This document shows, one piece after another, positions 8,540 through 16,855 of a stretch of DNA of 24,000 nt; within the stretch, counting starts at the first letter, position 1, and each line of letters opens with the position of its first letter. The stretch covers positions 16,215 through 40,214 of the forward strand of contig CALMAK010000018.1 of the NCBI GenBank assembly GCA_937859515.1, read 5' to 3'. Position numbers and translations under genes: made by a program. This DNA comes from an uncultured Candidatus Saccharibacteria bacterium (lineage in GTDB: Bacteria; Patescibacteriota; Saccharimonadia; Saccharimonadales; Saccharimonadaceae). The notes beneath the pieces were generated by a model. It worked only from the letters and a program-made list of their open reading frames with translations, made no database searches and was not told where the DNA came from.

Positions 8540-10543
8540 TTAATACCCCCCTGCATAACCACAATATTGGCTAGAGAAGTTAACCGCCGCACCAACATTA
8601 GTCGAGAGTGCTGATGGTAATTTTGAGAATGATGAAAAGAGGCCTGTAATACCATATCCCCCACTCGAAAAGGCGGCCATCTGGGCATTGTAGAGAAGAC
8701 TACCCATGAAGGTGTAACGGCTTGATGTATCGAATGGGCTGAGCGAGGCGATATCCATCTCGCGTTGGAAGTTCTCACTTTCTTGTTGCATAGCAGTGAA
8801 ATCACCCAACTGATCAACAGATAGTGTTGGTAAGTGGTGCGCCATACCACCAGATGAGAAGAATGCTGCAGCAGATACGCCCAGGACGTCGCCCAACTCT
8901 TCTCCTTGTGCCTCTGGTATGGCATCATTTTGAGCAAATTGTGTTATCCAATCAATTGCGTAGGTTTCAGCAATTGTTTTAATAAGTTCCGAAACAAGTT
9001 CTGATATTAACCATGAGGCAGCAATTTTAATTAGCCCACCAATAATTGTTGCAGAGGCGGCAACGGTTGTTGCCATATCTACTGCCATGGCAGTATACAT
9101 GGCAGTAGGGCTCATGATGACATTACAGGCTGGCTCCGTAGCCTTTGAAACATCTTGAGCAGTACGAACTACAGGGTTAGACAATAGACCATACCCTGGT
9201 GCGAACTTTGTTGATACTCCTGGTTTTGACTTATTAACCCCCATTGCGGCTAAGAGATACTGTGAATCAAGCGCAGATGTCATATTTCCGCCAGAGTTCT
9301 CTGTTTTATTCGTCAACAGTGTTCCTATGGCGTCTGCATCGTCTGCCGTTATACTATTTTCTTTATCCACGCCTGACGCCTTTGCTTTTGAACCAGGGGA
9401 CATAACGACATCCATGACTATAGGAAGTAGTTGGGCTAACTGAATGGCAGCGACACCAGCAGCGACATACCCCGGTGCTTTAACCGTAATACAGCCCGCG
9501 ACAGCGATGAGATAGCCAACCCCTCCTTTCTTTGCTTTGCCAGTCTGTTTGTTGATTTTATCTGTTATCTTGCCAGCAGTTTTCTCCGCCGTCTCCATTC
9601 CAGGAATTGATGTTTTTAGTTTTTTCTGTATATTACTTAAACGTTCTTTGGCGGTCCCTTTTTTATTGGTACCGTCTGCGAGACCACCATTTCTTTTAAT
9701 ACCAAATTTGTTAAAGAGCTTACCAGTTATATGCTTACCAGTCCATGCCTTAACTCGAAGATTAAATGCGCCGCGATGACCAAGGACCTTGCTGGCTAAT
9801 TTTCTATTATCTTTGTTTGCCAGAAACCCGGTAAGGTCCTTTGCCGCAACTCTTTTTGGACTTTTTCCTTCACCCATGTCGAATTCGTAATGACTTGGAT
9901 TTTTCTGAGGATACCCCGTTCTTTTGCCGTCGTACCTTGTTGAGTCACTTGTGCCACCATCGAAGATAGCTGTGACACCTTTCTTTTTTAGTTGGCGGAG
10001 GGCCTTATTTGATATTTTGCCCATCTTGCATTTAATGTTTTTAGTACTATTTGCACAAACGGCATCGCCTTTTGTCATGTTATTGAATACCTTCATGAAG
10101 CGGCGTTCCATTGCCGTCGACGAAGAATCATTGGATATGCTGAAGTTCTCGGTGAGATTAATTAATAAACTTGCAGGTCCGAAAAATCCAGCCAGAATAC
10201 CACCACCGATTCCAAATATAGATATAAGACCAATGATTCCGCCGCGTTTTTTCGCAAATCCTACCGCCTTTTGTAGCCGCGGCTTGTCAATCGCATTACC
10301 GCCGTTACCGGTATAATTCATGGTATTGGGGTTTTCTTCTGCCCTTTTGGTACCACCGCTTAAGTCACCGGATGTACCGTCTTTTTTGTAGTTTTCACCA
10401 CCAAATTCACGTTCAAATGCGTCACGTTGATCTTGTGCGGCATCGGCAGCGGTGTTCTCGGCATCGTTCAAGTATGCACCATTTCCGGCCTCGACCTTTC
10501 TGTCGATAGCTGATTTTTGATCGTCATCTGTAAGTGTTGGCAT
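8540..10543 (-). CDS. Large membrane-associated protein of unknown function (T4SS-cluster component)
   Basis: 667 aa. The order of regions is an acidic N-terminus, a Gly-rich TM helix (GGIIGLISIFGIGGGILAGFFGPASLLINL), a Lys-rich basic region of about 230 aa, and a C-terminal half of Ala/Gly-rich hydrophobic or amphipathic segments. I recognise no catalytic motif. Confidence 0.7.
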   Translation of the reverse strand: MPTLTDDDQKSAIDRKVEAGNGAYLNDAENTAADAAQDQRDAFEREFGGENYKKDGTSGDLSGGTKRAEENPNTMNYTGNGGNAIDKPRLQKAVGFAKKRGGIIGLISIFGIGGGILAGFFGPASLLINLTENFSISNDSSSTAMERRFMKVFNNMTKGDAVCANSTKNIKCKMGKISNKALRQLKKKGVTAIFDGGTSDSTRYDGKRTGYPQKNPSHYEFDMGEGKSPKRVAAKDLTGFLANKDNRKLASKVLGHRGAFNLRVKAWTGKHITGKLFNKFGIKRNGGLADGTNKKGTAKERLSNIQKKLKTSIPGMETAEKTAGKITDKINKQTGKAKKGGVGYLIAVAGCITVKAPGYVAAGVAAIQLAQLLPIVMDVVMSPGSKAKASGVDKENSITADDADAIGTLLTNKTENSGGNMTSALDSQYLLAAMGVNKSKPGVSTKFAPGYGLLSNPVVRTAQDVSKATEPACNVIMSPTAMYTAMAVDMATTVAASATIIGGLIKIAASWLISELVSELIKTIAETYAIDWITQFAQNDAIPEAQGEELGDVLGVSAAAFFSSGGMAHHLPTLSVDQLGDFTAMQQESENFQREMDIASLSPFDTSSRYTFMGSLLYNAQMAAFSSGGYGITGLFSSFSKLPSALSTNVGAAVNFSSQYCGYAGGY

Positions 10544-10567
10544 AACTGGTATTAGTATATCCTATTG

Positions 10568-12412
10568 TTACATTTGCTGACTATATCCACTCGTATCTGT
10601 GGCTGCCGCTTGCGGCTTTGTAGTAATCAGTCCTGTTTCTGTTTGACTGGCAATAATTTGAATATGTACGTGGTTTTGCCCAGCAAAGAATAGTCCTTGT
10701 CCGACTGGGAAGTTGGCGAGGCGCTTTTTCTCTTCTTCGGTTAATTTAAAAACATCAGACAGGACGTCGACGGCACTGGTCGATTGCTTGAGGAGAAGTT
10801 GCATTGAACTGTTGGCAACGATGGCGCGACCCATCTTGCTACCCATAAAGTCTTCAACGTCCTGAGTAATCGTCGTAACACCAAGATAGTATTTACGAGC
10901 ACGCTTGGCGAGAGAGAAAAGAAAGCTGGCACTATCGTCGTACTTCATTAATTGCCAAGCCTCGTCAACGATCAGCATACGCTTTTTCTGGTCGGTACGT
11001 GTAATATTCCAAATGTGACTGAGGACGATATACATTGCTACTGGTCGTAATTCATCCTCAAGGTCGCGAATATTAAACACTACCATGCTGTTATTAATGT
11101 CGATATTGCTTTGCTGACTGAAGATACCAGCGAAGGTTCCGGTGGTGTATTTACGCAGACGCTGCGCTAATTGTGGGCCAGTCCCACCCATATGAAGCAA
11201 TGTGTCGTATAGGTCGGAAATAGTTGGTGGCTGTGAACCGTGTGTCAGGGGATCGCTGGTGATACCAACACGAGCATAGGTATCAATTAGGCCTTGGTCA
11301 AGGTCGGCTTCTTCTGCTGGTGTCAGTGCGGACATTGCTTGTCCATTAGCGGCTACTTGAGTACCGCCTAGCATGAGGCGAAAGAGACCATGCAATGTAA
11401 CAAGGTTTGCACGCAAGGCATCATCTGCCTCGTCGCTATCAATCACGCGTGGCAAATCAAATGGATTAATACGTGTGTCGCTGCTGAGGCTGAGGCGAAT
11501 ATAACTACCACCTACTGCATCGGACAGTTTTTGATACTCGTTTTCTGGGTCAATGATGAGGACTTCTGCACCAACCATCATACTGCGGAGGGCCTCCAAC
11601 TTGACCGTAAATGACTTACCGGCACCAGACTTTGCAAATACCACCATATTGGCATTTTCCAGCGTGAATCGATCAAAAATAACGAGGCCGTTATTGTGCA
11701 TATTGATTCCGTACAGAATACCACTACTATCAGTAAGGTCAGCACTAGTGAACGGGAATGAGGTACTGATTGCACCGGTGTTCATATTGCGGCGGATCTG
11801 TAGCTGGTCAGATAGTTGTGGTACGGTACTGTTGAGGCCTTGCTCTTGTTGGCTACTGGCAACCTTACTGAAGACCATTTGTTGGCCAAAAATCGTCTCG
11901 ATCTTGTTTTGAACAAAGGTCAATTCTTCCAAACTGTCGGCGTACAAAGTAAAGTACAGCCCGTAACGGAAGAACCGTTCGGCGCCAACCTGAATCTGGT
12001 CACGTAATTCCTCGGCGTCTTGAATTGCCGCCTCGAGGCCCGGGTCACGAGTACGCCCCTTCTCGTTGTTGATTGATTGTGTTGCCTCAAGCTGCGTCAC
12101 CTTCTTTTTGAGGTTATTAAGTACTGTTTGGCTGTCGACGGGATAAATATACATGCTAATGTCGAGCACCTCGTCGATGTTAATGAGGCTCGATAGCCAT
12201 CCGGTGTAGATTTCGCGTGGGTAGCCATAGACATAAATCGTCCGACCGTATTTTGTGCCCAGGCGGAAGTGGTCGCTGTGAATCTCGAGACTACTTGGTG
12301 CGATAAAGTCGCGCATTGTCGAGACACCTTTAAGGAACGCCTGCTCAACTTCGGCTTGTTCACGCGCAGCTTGTGCTGCAGCAATGTCAACTGCGTCTCT
12401 TTTTTTAGCCAT
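10568..12412 (-). CDS. virB4: VirB4/TrbE-family T4SS ATPase
   Basis: Walker A is VVFAKSGAGKSFTVK and Walker B is RMLIVDEAWQLM. The N-domain has the Gram-positive VirB4 look (GRTIYVYGYPREIYTGWLSSL...LDISMYIYPVD). I prefer the ATG at 12410-12412 (MAKKRDAV...) because AGGAG (revcomp of 12419-12423) lies 6 nt upstream. The ORF-track start at 12439 remains possible. Confidence 0.9.
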   Translation of the reverse strand: MAKKRDAVDIAAAQAAREQAEVEQAFLKGVSTMRDFIAPSSLEIHSDHFRLGTKYGRTIYVYGYPREIYTGWLSSLINIDEVLDISMYIYPVDSQTVLNNLKKKVTQLEATQSINNEKGRTRDPGLEAAIQDAEELRDQIQVGAERFFRYGLYFTLYADSLEELTFVQNKIETIFGQQMVFSKVASSQQEQGLNSTVPQLSDQLQIRRNMNTGAISTSFPFTSADLTDSSGILYGINMHNNGLVIFDRFTLENANMVVFAKSGAGKSFTVKLEALRSMMVGAEVLIIDPENEYQKLSDAVGGSYIRLSLSSDTRINPFDLPRVIDSDEADDALRANLVTLHGLFRLMLGGTQVAANGQAMSALTPAEEADLDQGLIDTYARVGITSDPLTHGSQPPTISDLYDTLLHMGGTGPQLAQRLRKYTTGTFAGIFSQQSNIDINNSMVVFNIRDLEDELRPVAMYIVLSHIWNITRTDQKKRMLIVDEAWQLMKYDDSASFLFSLAKRARKYYLGVTTITQDVEDFMGSKMGRAIVANSSMQLLLKQSTSAVDVLSDVFKLTEEEKKRLANFPVGQGLFFAGQNHVHIQIIASQTETGLITTKPQAAATDTSGYSQQM

Positions 12413-13268
12413 TCTGTACTCCTGGTGCTTGGCCTTCACCCTTGCGTGTATAAATTGATGTCATTTGTTCGAAATTACGAATTGGCTCGCGGATTGCTGT
12501 ATCTGGGTTGTAGAAGTTGTATAGCAACTCACTGATCTCTGTTGTATTGAGGCGGATACTGTGGACGCCCATCTGAAAGAGACCTGCGATTACGCTTTCG
12601 ACACGGTTATTGATTTCAGTCTTTGCCTTTTCGTAAGCGTCGCTGTTGATCGTTGTAACTGAAGCAGGGCTGGTGAATAGTTTCCCGAAGAATCCTTTGG
12701 CCTGCCCCTTGAGGTTGGCGGCATCACCTTCTGGGAAGTAAGGTATGACGATATAGAACGATTTATCCATAATATTTGCCTCTTGTGCCAAGGCATCGAT
12801 AAAGTTTATGTAGTCATCCATAAGGACAGTTAGTAGCATGTTATCTTCGTTACGCCTGAGATCAACAAGCTTATCGATGTATGGCCCGATATCGACACGC
12901 TGTGACCGCACGAGAATTTGAATTGGGTGGTGTAATGAATTAAGGAAGTTCTGATAGGCATATTCAACGCCCTCCCGTTCGCGACTGCTCATAAGATCAA
13001 AGTTAATTGACTGGCACGCAACGATTGATCGGAAAGTTCCATCGGTCATGATTGCCATACTGTCGCGAATTTCAGCGAATTGAAGACTGTTTTGGGTTGA
13101 GTTAGGATTTTGTGGCTGTGCCTTTTGTGGTTGTTGGGGTACACCTGGTTGCCCTGGTATTGGCTGTCCTGGAGCAGCCTGAAAAGGCGCTCCATTTGGG
13201 GCGGCTGGCATTGGTCCTGGTGTTTGATTAGTTGGTGGCATAGCGCCGGTGTTCCCCACTCCTATCAA
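12405..13268 (-). CDS. Hypothetical protein: Pro/Gln-rich N-terminus plus a domain resembling a stand-alone VirB4 N-terminal domain
   Basis: 287 aa. The start is uncertain: the ORF-track start is a TTG at 13266-13268, and the next ATG ends at 13241. After PGQPIPGQPGVPQQPQKAQPQNP comes TDGTFRSIVACQSINFDLMSSREREGVEYAYQNFLNSLHHPIQILVRSQRVDIGPYI. That pattern recalls conjugative VirB4/TraC N-domains, but no Walker motifs are present. Confidence 0.6.
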   Translation of the reverse strand: MIGVGNTGAMPPTNQTPGPMPAAPNGAPFQAAPGQPIPGQPGVPQQPQKAQPQNPNSTQNSLQFAEIRDSMAIMTDGTFRSIVACQSINFDLMSSREREGVEYAYQNFLNSLHHPIQILVRSQRVDIGPYIDKLVDLRRNEDNMLLTVLMDDYINFIDALAQEANIMDKSFYIVIPYFPEGDAANLKGQAKGFFGKLFTSPASVTTINSDAYEKAKTEINNRVESVIAGLFQMGVHSIRLNTTEISELLYNFYNPDTAIREPIRNFEQMTSIYTRKGEGQAPGVQNG

Positions 13269-13277
13269 TTAGACTGA

Positions 13278-14405
13278 TTATCGCAATGAGATGACAACTT
13301 CATCTTCATCGAGAGATGCTGACTTTTCGCTGATGCGATGAGCTTCCCTGGCAATTGTCTCGACCGATAAATCAGTATTGCTTGCAAGCTTTATTATATC
13401 AGGTGAGACGGCATTAGTGCTAGTGGTTGTTTGTTCTTCGGGCGCCGGTGTCTGGGCGACTATTGGCGTGTCCATTTGCGGCTCTGGTGCGGGCATAGCG
13501 GGTTGAGGTTGAGTGACCTGCGCCTGAGCTGATAGTGGCTGTATGACAGTCTGGTTCATGCTGGATGGGTACGGATTGAACTGAGGGGCAGCTGCTGTAT
13601 CAAAGGGGTTTGGCGCGGGTGCAACAACGGTTTGAGTTTGAGGTTGCACTACAGCTGGCTGTGGAGCCGGTGTATATACGGGTTGTGGCGCTGTAGCGGG
13701 TGTAGTCATTTGAGGTTGCGCAGGTGCGGGCGTTGGTGTTGGCTGGGCGAGGACAGTATATGGATCCGGTGGTGTATATACGGGTTGTGGTGCAGGCACA
13801 GCTGGTGCTGCGGCCGCTGATTGGAATCGGTTAAGCATTTCTTGGTGGCGACGTTGGTCGGCCTGAGAAATCATATGATTGAGATTTTGTGCCACAGTAC
13901 CATCGTTGTCCAGAAGGTCCTGGGTTTGTTGTGCCTCGTTGAATATATCAGCGTTTAGCGAGTTACCTGATGGATCATGGATGCCACGCACCGACCATCC
14001 GTGGGTATCGGAAAGGTTCGAAAGATAGCGCAGGCGCTGTTCGGCCTCACTGCTGGATATATTTTTTGTTCGTTGTGGCTCGACGTTACGCGGAGCAGCA
14101 ATCTGTATCAGGGTCTCAATACCATCAGGATCCCACATGCGATTACGAGGCTTGAGGTAAAACGACAGAAGAGCTGCCATATATATTTCCATTGGTTGAT
14201 CCTTACGCAGTGGCAGCGCTAGTGCACCAAAAAAGACCACAAACGGCAGTGCAATGACGGCAAGTGGCGCGAATATCTTGAATAAAAGGAAGCCTACTCC
14301 CAGGGCAACCGCAACAATCATCAGATAGACGAACTGCCTAAAGCTGAATGGTCCAAGGAGTTTATCGTCGGCTTCGACGTCTTGAGGCACTTTATAACTG
14401 GACAT
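13278..14405 (-). CDS. PrgI-family / VirB3-like T4SS membrane protein with a long Pro/Gln/Thr-rich C-terminal extension
   Basis: The N-terminus YKVPQDVEADDKLLGPFSFRQFVYLMIVAVALGVGFLLF...LAVIALPFVVFFGALALPL matches the PrgI-family layout (conserved VP.D....DK..G.....Q motif followed by two TM helices). It lies directly upstream of the VirB4 genes, as prgI does with prgJ. The tail carries the repeated PQPVYTP. Confidence 0.75.
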   Translation of the reverse strand: MSSYKVPQDVEADDKLLGPFSFRQFVYLMIVAVALGVGFLLFKIFAPLAVIALPFVVFFGALALPLRKDQPMEIYMAALLSFYLKPRNRMWDPDGIETLIQIAAPRNVEPQRTKNISSSEAEQRLRYLSNLSDTHGWSVRGIHDPSGNSLNADIFNEAQQTQDLLDNDGTVAQNLNHMISQADQRRHQEMLNRFQSAAAAPAVPAPQPVYTPPDPYTVLAQPTPTPAPAQPQMTTPATAPQPVYTPAPQPAVVQPQTQTVVAPAPNPFDTAAAPQFNPYPSSMNQTVIQPLSAQAQVTQPQPAMPAPEPQMDTPIVAQTPAPEEQTTTSTNAVSPDIIKLASNTDLSVETIAREAHRISEKSASLDEDEVVISLR

Positions 14406-14434
14406 ATAGTACTAGTGTAGCATAAGGGTTTTGA

Positions 14435-16759
14435 TTATGGGCGTGATGATGGTGGCGGTCCGCCATTTCGTCGACCGGCTTCACCTCGGGCAACCTTTAA
14501 GACTTCTTGGTAGTGGGCGTCGTTTTCGGCACCAGGTGTTGTTTGTGCTTGCTGGATCAGCTCACCCAGCTGAGCATCAGAGAGATTACCTACGCCAGCC
14601 TTGAGAGACTTTTTAGTTGCAGAACCTTCGTGACCTGATGCATGATGTATTTGTTGCATGACTTCCTGGCCGCTGGCAAAGTTTGAAGTAGTGGTTACTT
14701 CACCAGTTGAGGGGTTAATGTTGGTAGTTGGTGCATTTTCGTATGAGATTTGTGGTGTACCACCACCAGATGCGCCACCTCCACCTCCGCTGCTTGGAGC
14801 TGGAGTGTCAGGAGATGGGCTGCTGCTGCCTGTGCCACCACCTGATAGTGGGTTGCCGCTAAGATCTGTACCGGCAAGCCCTGCCATTGTTTCGCGATCT
14901 CCAACACTCATGAGGTTTCTGGCAGACTCGGTGCCCATGACAGACTGAGCCATAGATTGATTGATAAGTCCATTTGACATGAGGTTACCAAGATTCTTTT
15001 GCCCCGCAAGCTCGGATGCACCAAGTCGACTATACGTCTCCGGGTCTCCCTGTATCTTTGTGAAGTCCGGCTGTATTATATTACCGTTCTCGTCTTTTCC
15101 TGGAGATGCAGTGGAGAAGCTATCGATAGCAGCACTCTTCCCTTTCAGTCCAAGTCCAAGGGCATCACTAGCAAGACTTTGTCTCATTGAGCTGTTATCG
15201 GTAATTGCCCCTGAGCTGGCACCATATACTCTCTCGAGCTCCTTAATACCAGCACCGCCAGCACCTGCGAGGTATCGCTGCATGGCCCGTGCTTTAGTGG
15301 AATCACCACTCTTAATGGCTTTTTTCATTTCCGTACTCGCGCCCTCAATATCTGTAGCACCATTCATATTCTTAAATCGTGTCAGTTCTTGTGATACGTC
15401 CATCTCATCCTGCTTGTCAACGGCGGCCATTGCTGCGGCCGAACCTTTGTCAAGGCCAAGCGCCTTGCCAAACCGTGAATTATCGACTGCCCGCCCAATG
15501 CGACTATTGCCGCGTCTAGTCGCCCTGCGGAGGGCCATCCTGTTCTTAATTCCACGCTGTGCCTCGCCTAGCCTTGAGGTGTCGCGTACCTTGCTTCCAA
15601 TTCTGCCATTTGCCTTCGAGCTCCAGCCAGACAGCTTATTTCCGATCGATCCTGCAGCACTCATTGAATTTTTCAAGAGACTTGGGACAAGGAATAATGG
15701 AACTGTTGCAACACCCATTGCGATAACTTGCATAAGCAGGTTTGGGTCACCAGTAGGATTACCGCTCGCATCCATTGGTGTTGCGGTTTGGTTAATCACT
15801 TCTGCGACTAATGCCGACGCACCAAAAACGACAGCAATTATTGGAAATACCATTAACAAGGCAAGGAACATTTTATACCACTTTTTGAACCACTGTTCGG
15901 TGTTTGGCAGCAGGAACGCGACAAACGCAAGCGGTGAAATAATGGTCAGGGTGGTGATAAGGGCGATACGAGCCACAAGGATGAGTGCAATGAGGAGGAG
16001 CGCGAGAACGGCCGCCAGTATTACCGGGCCAGATATTGAGAGTGCTAATGTGATGCCTCCAGCTAGTAACGCGGCAATTAATGTAGCCCAACCGAGGCCT
16101 GTCAAGGCAGTATTCACACCAGTCGGGTCATCTATAGGTCTGCTTAGTAGAACGTCATTACCGAGTGTGTCGAATAGTGTTTTTAGGCTGTAGCCTAAAA
16201 TATTACTAATATCGACGGCAATTTGACATATAATCAGGGACATATTCACCAAGATGGCTGCAATAATAAGGCGTGGAAGGAGCTTCTTGACTCCGTAATT
16301 GCTAATACCCGTACTTGTTAATTGAGAGAAAATGATTACCAAGAAAGCGATGACGAACACAACGTTTGCGAGCGTTCGCATAACACCCCAGGCACTCTCT
16401 ACGCTGGCTGAGTTTACATATTCAACCTTTATCGATAAAAAGCTGTCGGCAAGAAAATTAAAGGCCATATCCGCAACTCCACCAAGGAAGTCCATGACGG
16501 GACAGACTACCCAACCGATGCCTTCGATACCACATGAGGATTTAGCGGGTTCAACACACTTACTGGCGTCACCGTCCCATTCGTATTCTGCATCCTCACA
16601 CGCCGACTGATTATCGTAATCCTCCGGGGCAGCATAAGACGGTTGAGATATTACTGTTGCTGTTACCAATGCCCCCACAAGAACGAGTGACGCAAAAAAC
16701 ACAGAGAATAAGCGCGAGCTTTTCTGTTTCTGTTTATTCTTTGGGCTTTGCCGTAACAT
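14435..16759 (-). CDS. Extended VirB6/TrbL-like polytopic membrane protein with a ~400-aa C-terminal tail
   Basis: I prefer the start at M17 (ATG 16757-16759, MLRQSPKNKQKQKSS + TM), because the ORF-track start at 16807 lies inside a 16-bp hairpin. A Cys-rich ectodomain follows (CEDAEYEWDGDASKCVEPAKSSCGIEGIGWVVCPVMDF). There are about 6 TM helices, including ISPLAFVAFLLPNTEQWFKKW (TrbL/VirB6-like). The Gly/Ser/Pro-rich tail includes SGGGTGSSSPSPDTPAPSSGGGGGASGGG. Confidence 0.75.
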   Translation of the reverse strand: MLRQSPKNKQKQKSSRLFSVFFASLVLVGALVTATVISQPSYAAPEDYDNQSACEDAEYEWDGDASKCVEPAKSSCGIEGIGWVVCPVMDFLGGVADMAFNFLADSFLSIKVEYVNSASVESAWGVMRTLANVVFVIAFLVIIFSQLTSTGISNYGVKKLLPRLIIAAILVNMSLIICQIAVDISNILGYSLKTLFDTLGNDVLLSRPIDDPTGVNTALTGLGWATLIAALLAGGITLALSISGPVILAAVLALLLIALILVARIALITTLTIISPLAFVAFLLPNTEQWFKKWYKMFLALLMVFPIIAVVFGASALVAEVINQTATPMDASGNPTGDPNLLMQVIAMGVATVPLFLVPSLLKNSMSAAGSIGNKLSGWSSKANGRIGSKVRDTSRLGEAQRGIKNRMALRRATRRGNSRIGRAVDNSRFGKALGLDKGSAAAMAAVDKQDEMDVSQELTRFKNMNGATDIEGASTEMKKAIKSGDSTKARAMQRYLAGAGGAGIKELERVYGASSGAITDNSSMRQSLASDALGLGLKGKSAAIDSFSTASPGKDENGNIIQPDFTKIQGDPETYSRLGASELAGQKNLGNLMSNGLINQSMAQSVMGTESARNLMSVGDRETMAGLAGTDLSGNPLSGGGTGSSSPSPDTPAPSSGGGGGASGGGTPQISYENAPTTNINPSTGEVTTTSNFASGQEVMQQIHHASGHEGSATKKSLKAGVGNLSDAQLGELIQQAQTTPGAENDAHYQEVLKVARGEAGRRNGGPPPSSRP

Positions 16760-16790
16760 GCTACGTTTAATTAAAGCACAAGCGGCGTAA

Positions 16791-16824
16791 TTTAAGAATA
16801 GACCCAACTGGGTCTATTCTTAAA
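16791..16824. repeat. Perfect 16-bp inverted repeat (hairpin) between the lipoprotein gene and the VirB6-like gene
   Basis: tttaagaatagaccca (16791-16806) and tgggtctattcttaaa (16809-16824) are exact reverse complements separated by 2 nt. They lie in the 96-nt gap between the stop at 16856 and the ATG at 16759. Confidence 0.85.
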
Positions 16825-16855
16825 TTATGGCCTATTAGGTGGGACTATTATCTGT

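Noticed and set aside
14961-16193. 410-aa ORF antisense to the VirB6-like gene, and similar antisense ORFs at 9924-10316, 11553-11912, 14658-14948 and 20087-20425
   Set aside because: They lie fully inside well-supported genes on the other strand. Their Ser/Pro/Ala/Leu-rich composition is low-complexity and typical of antisense frames. They have no motifs and no RBS.
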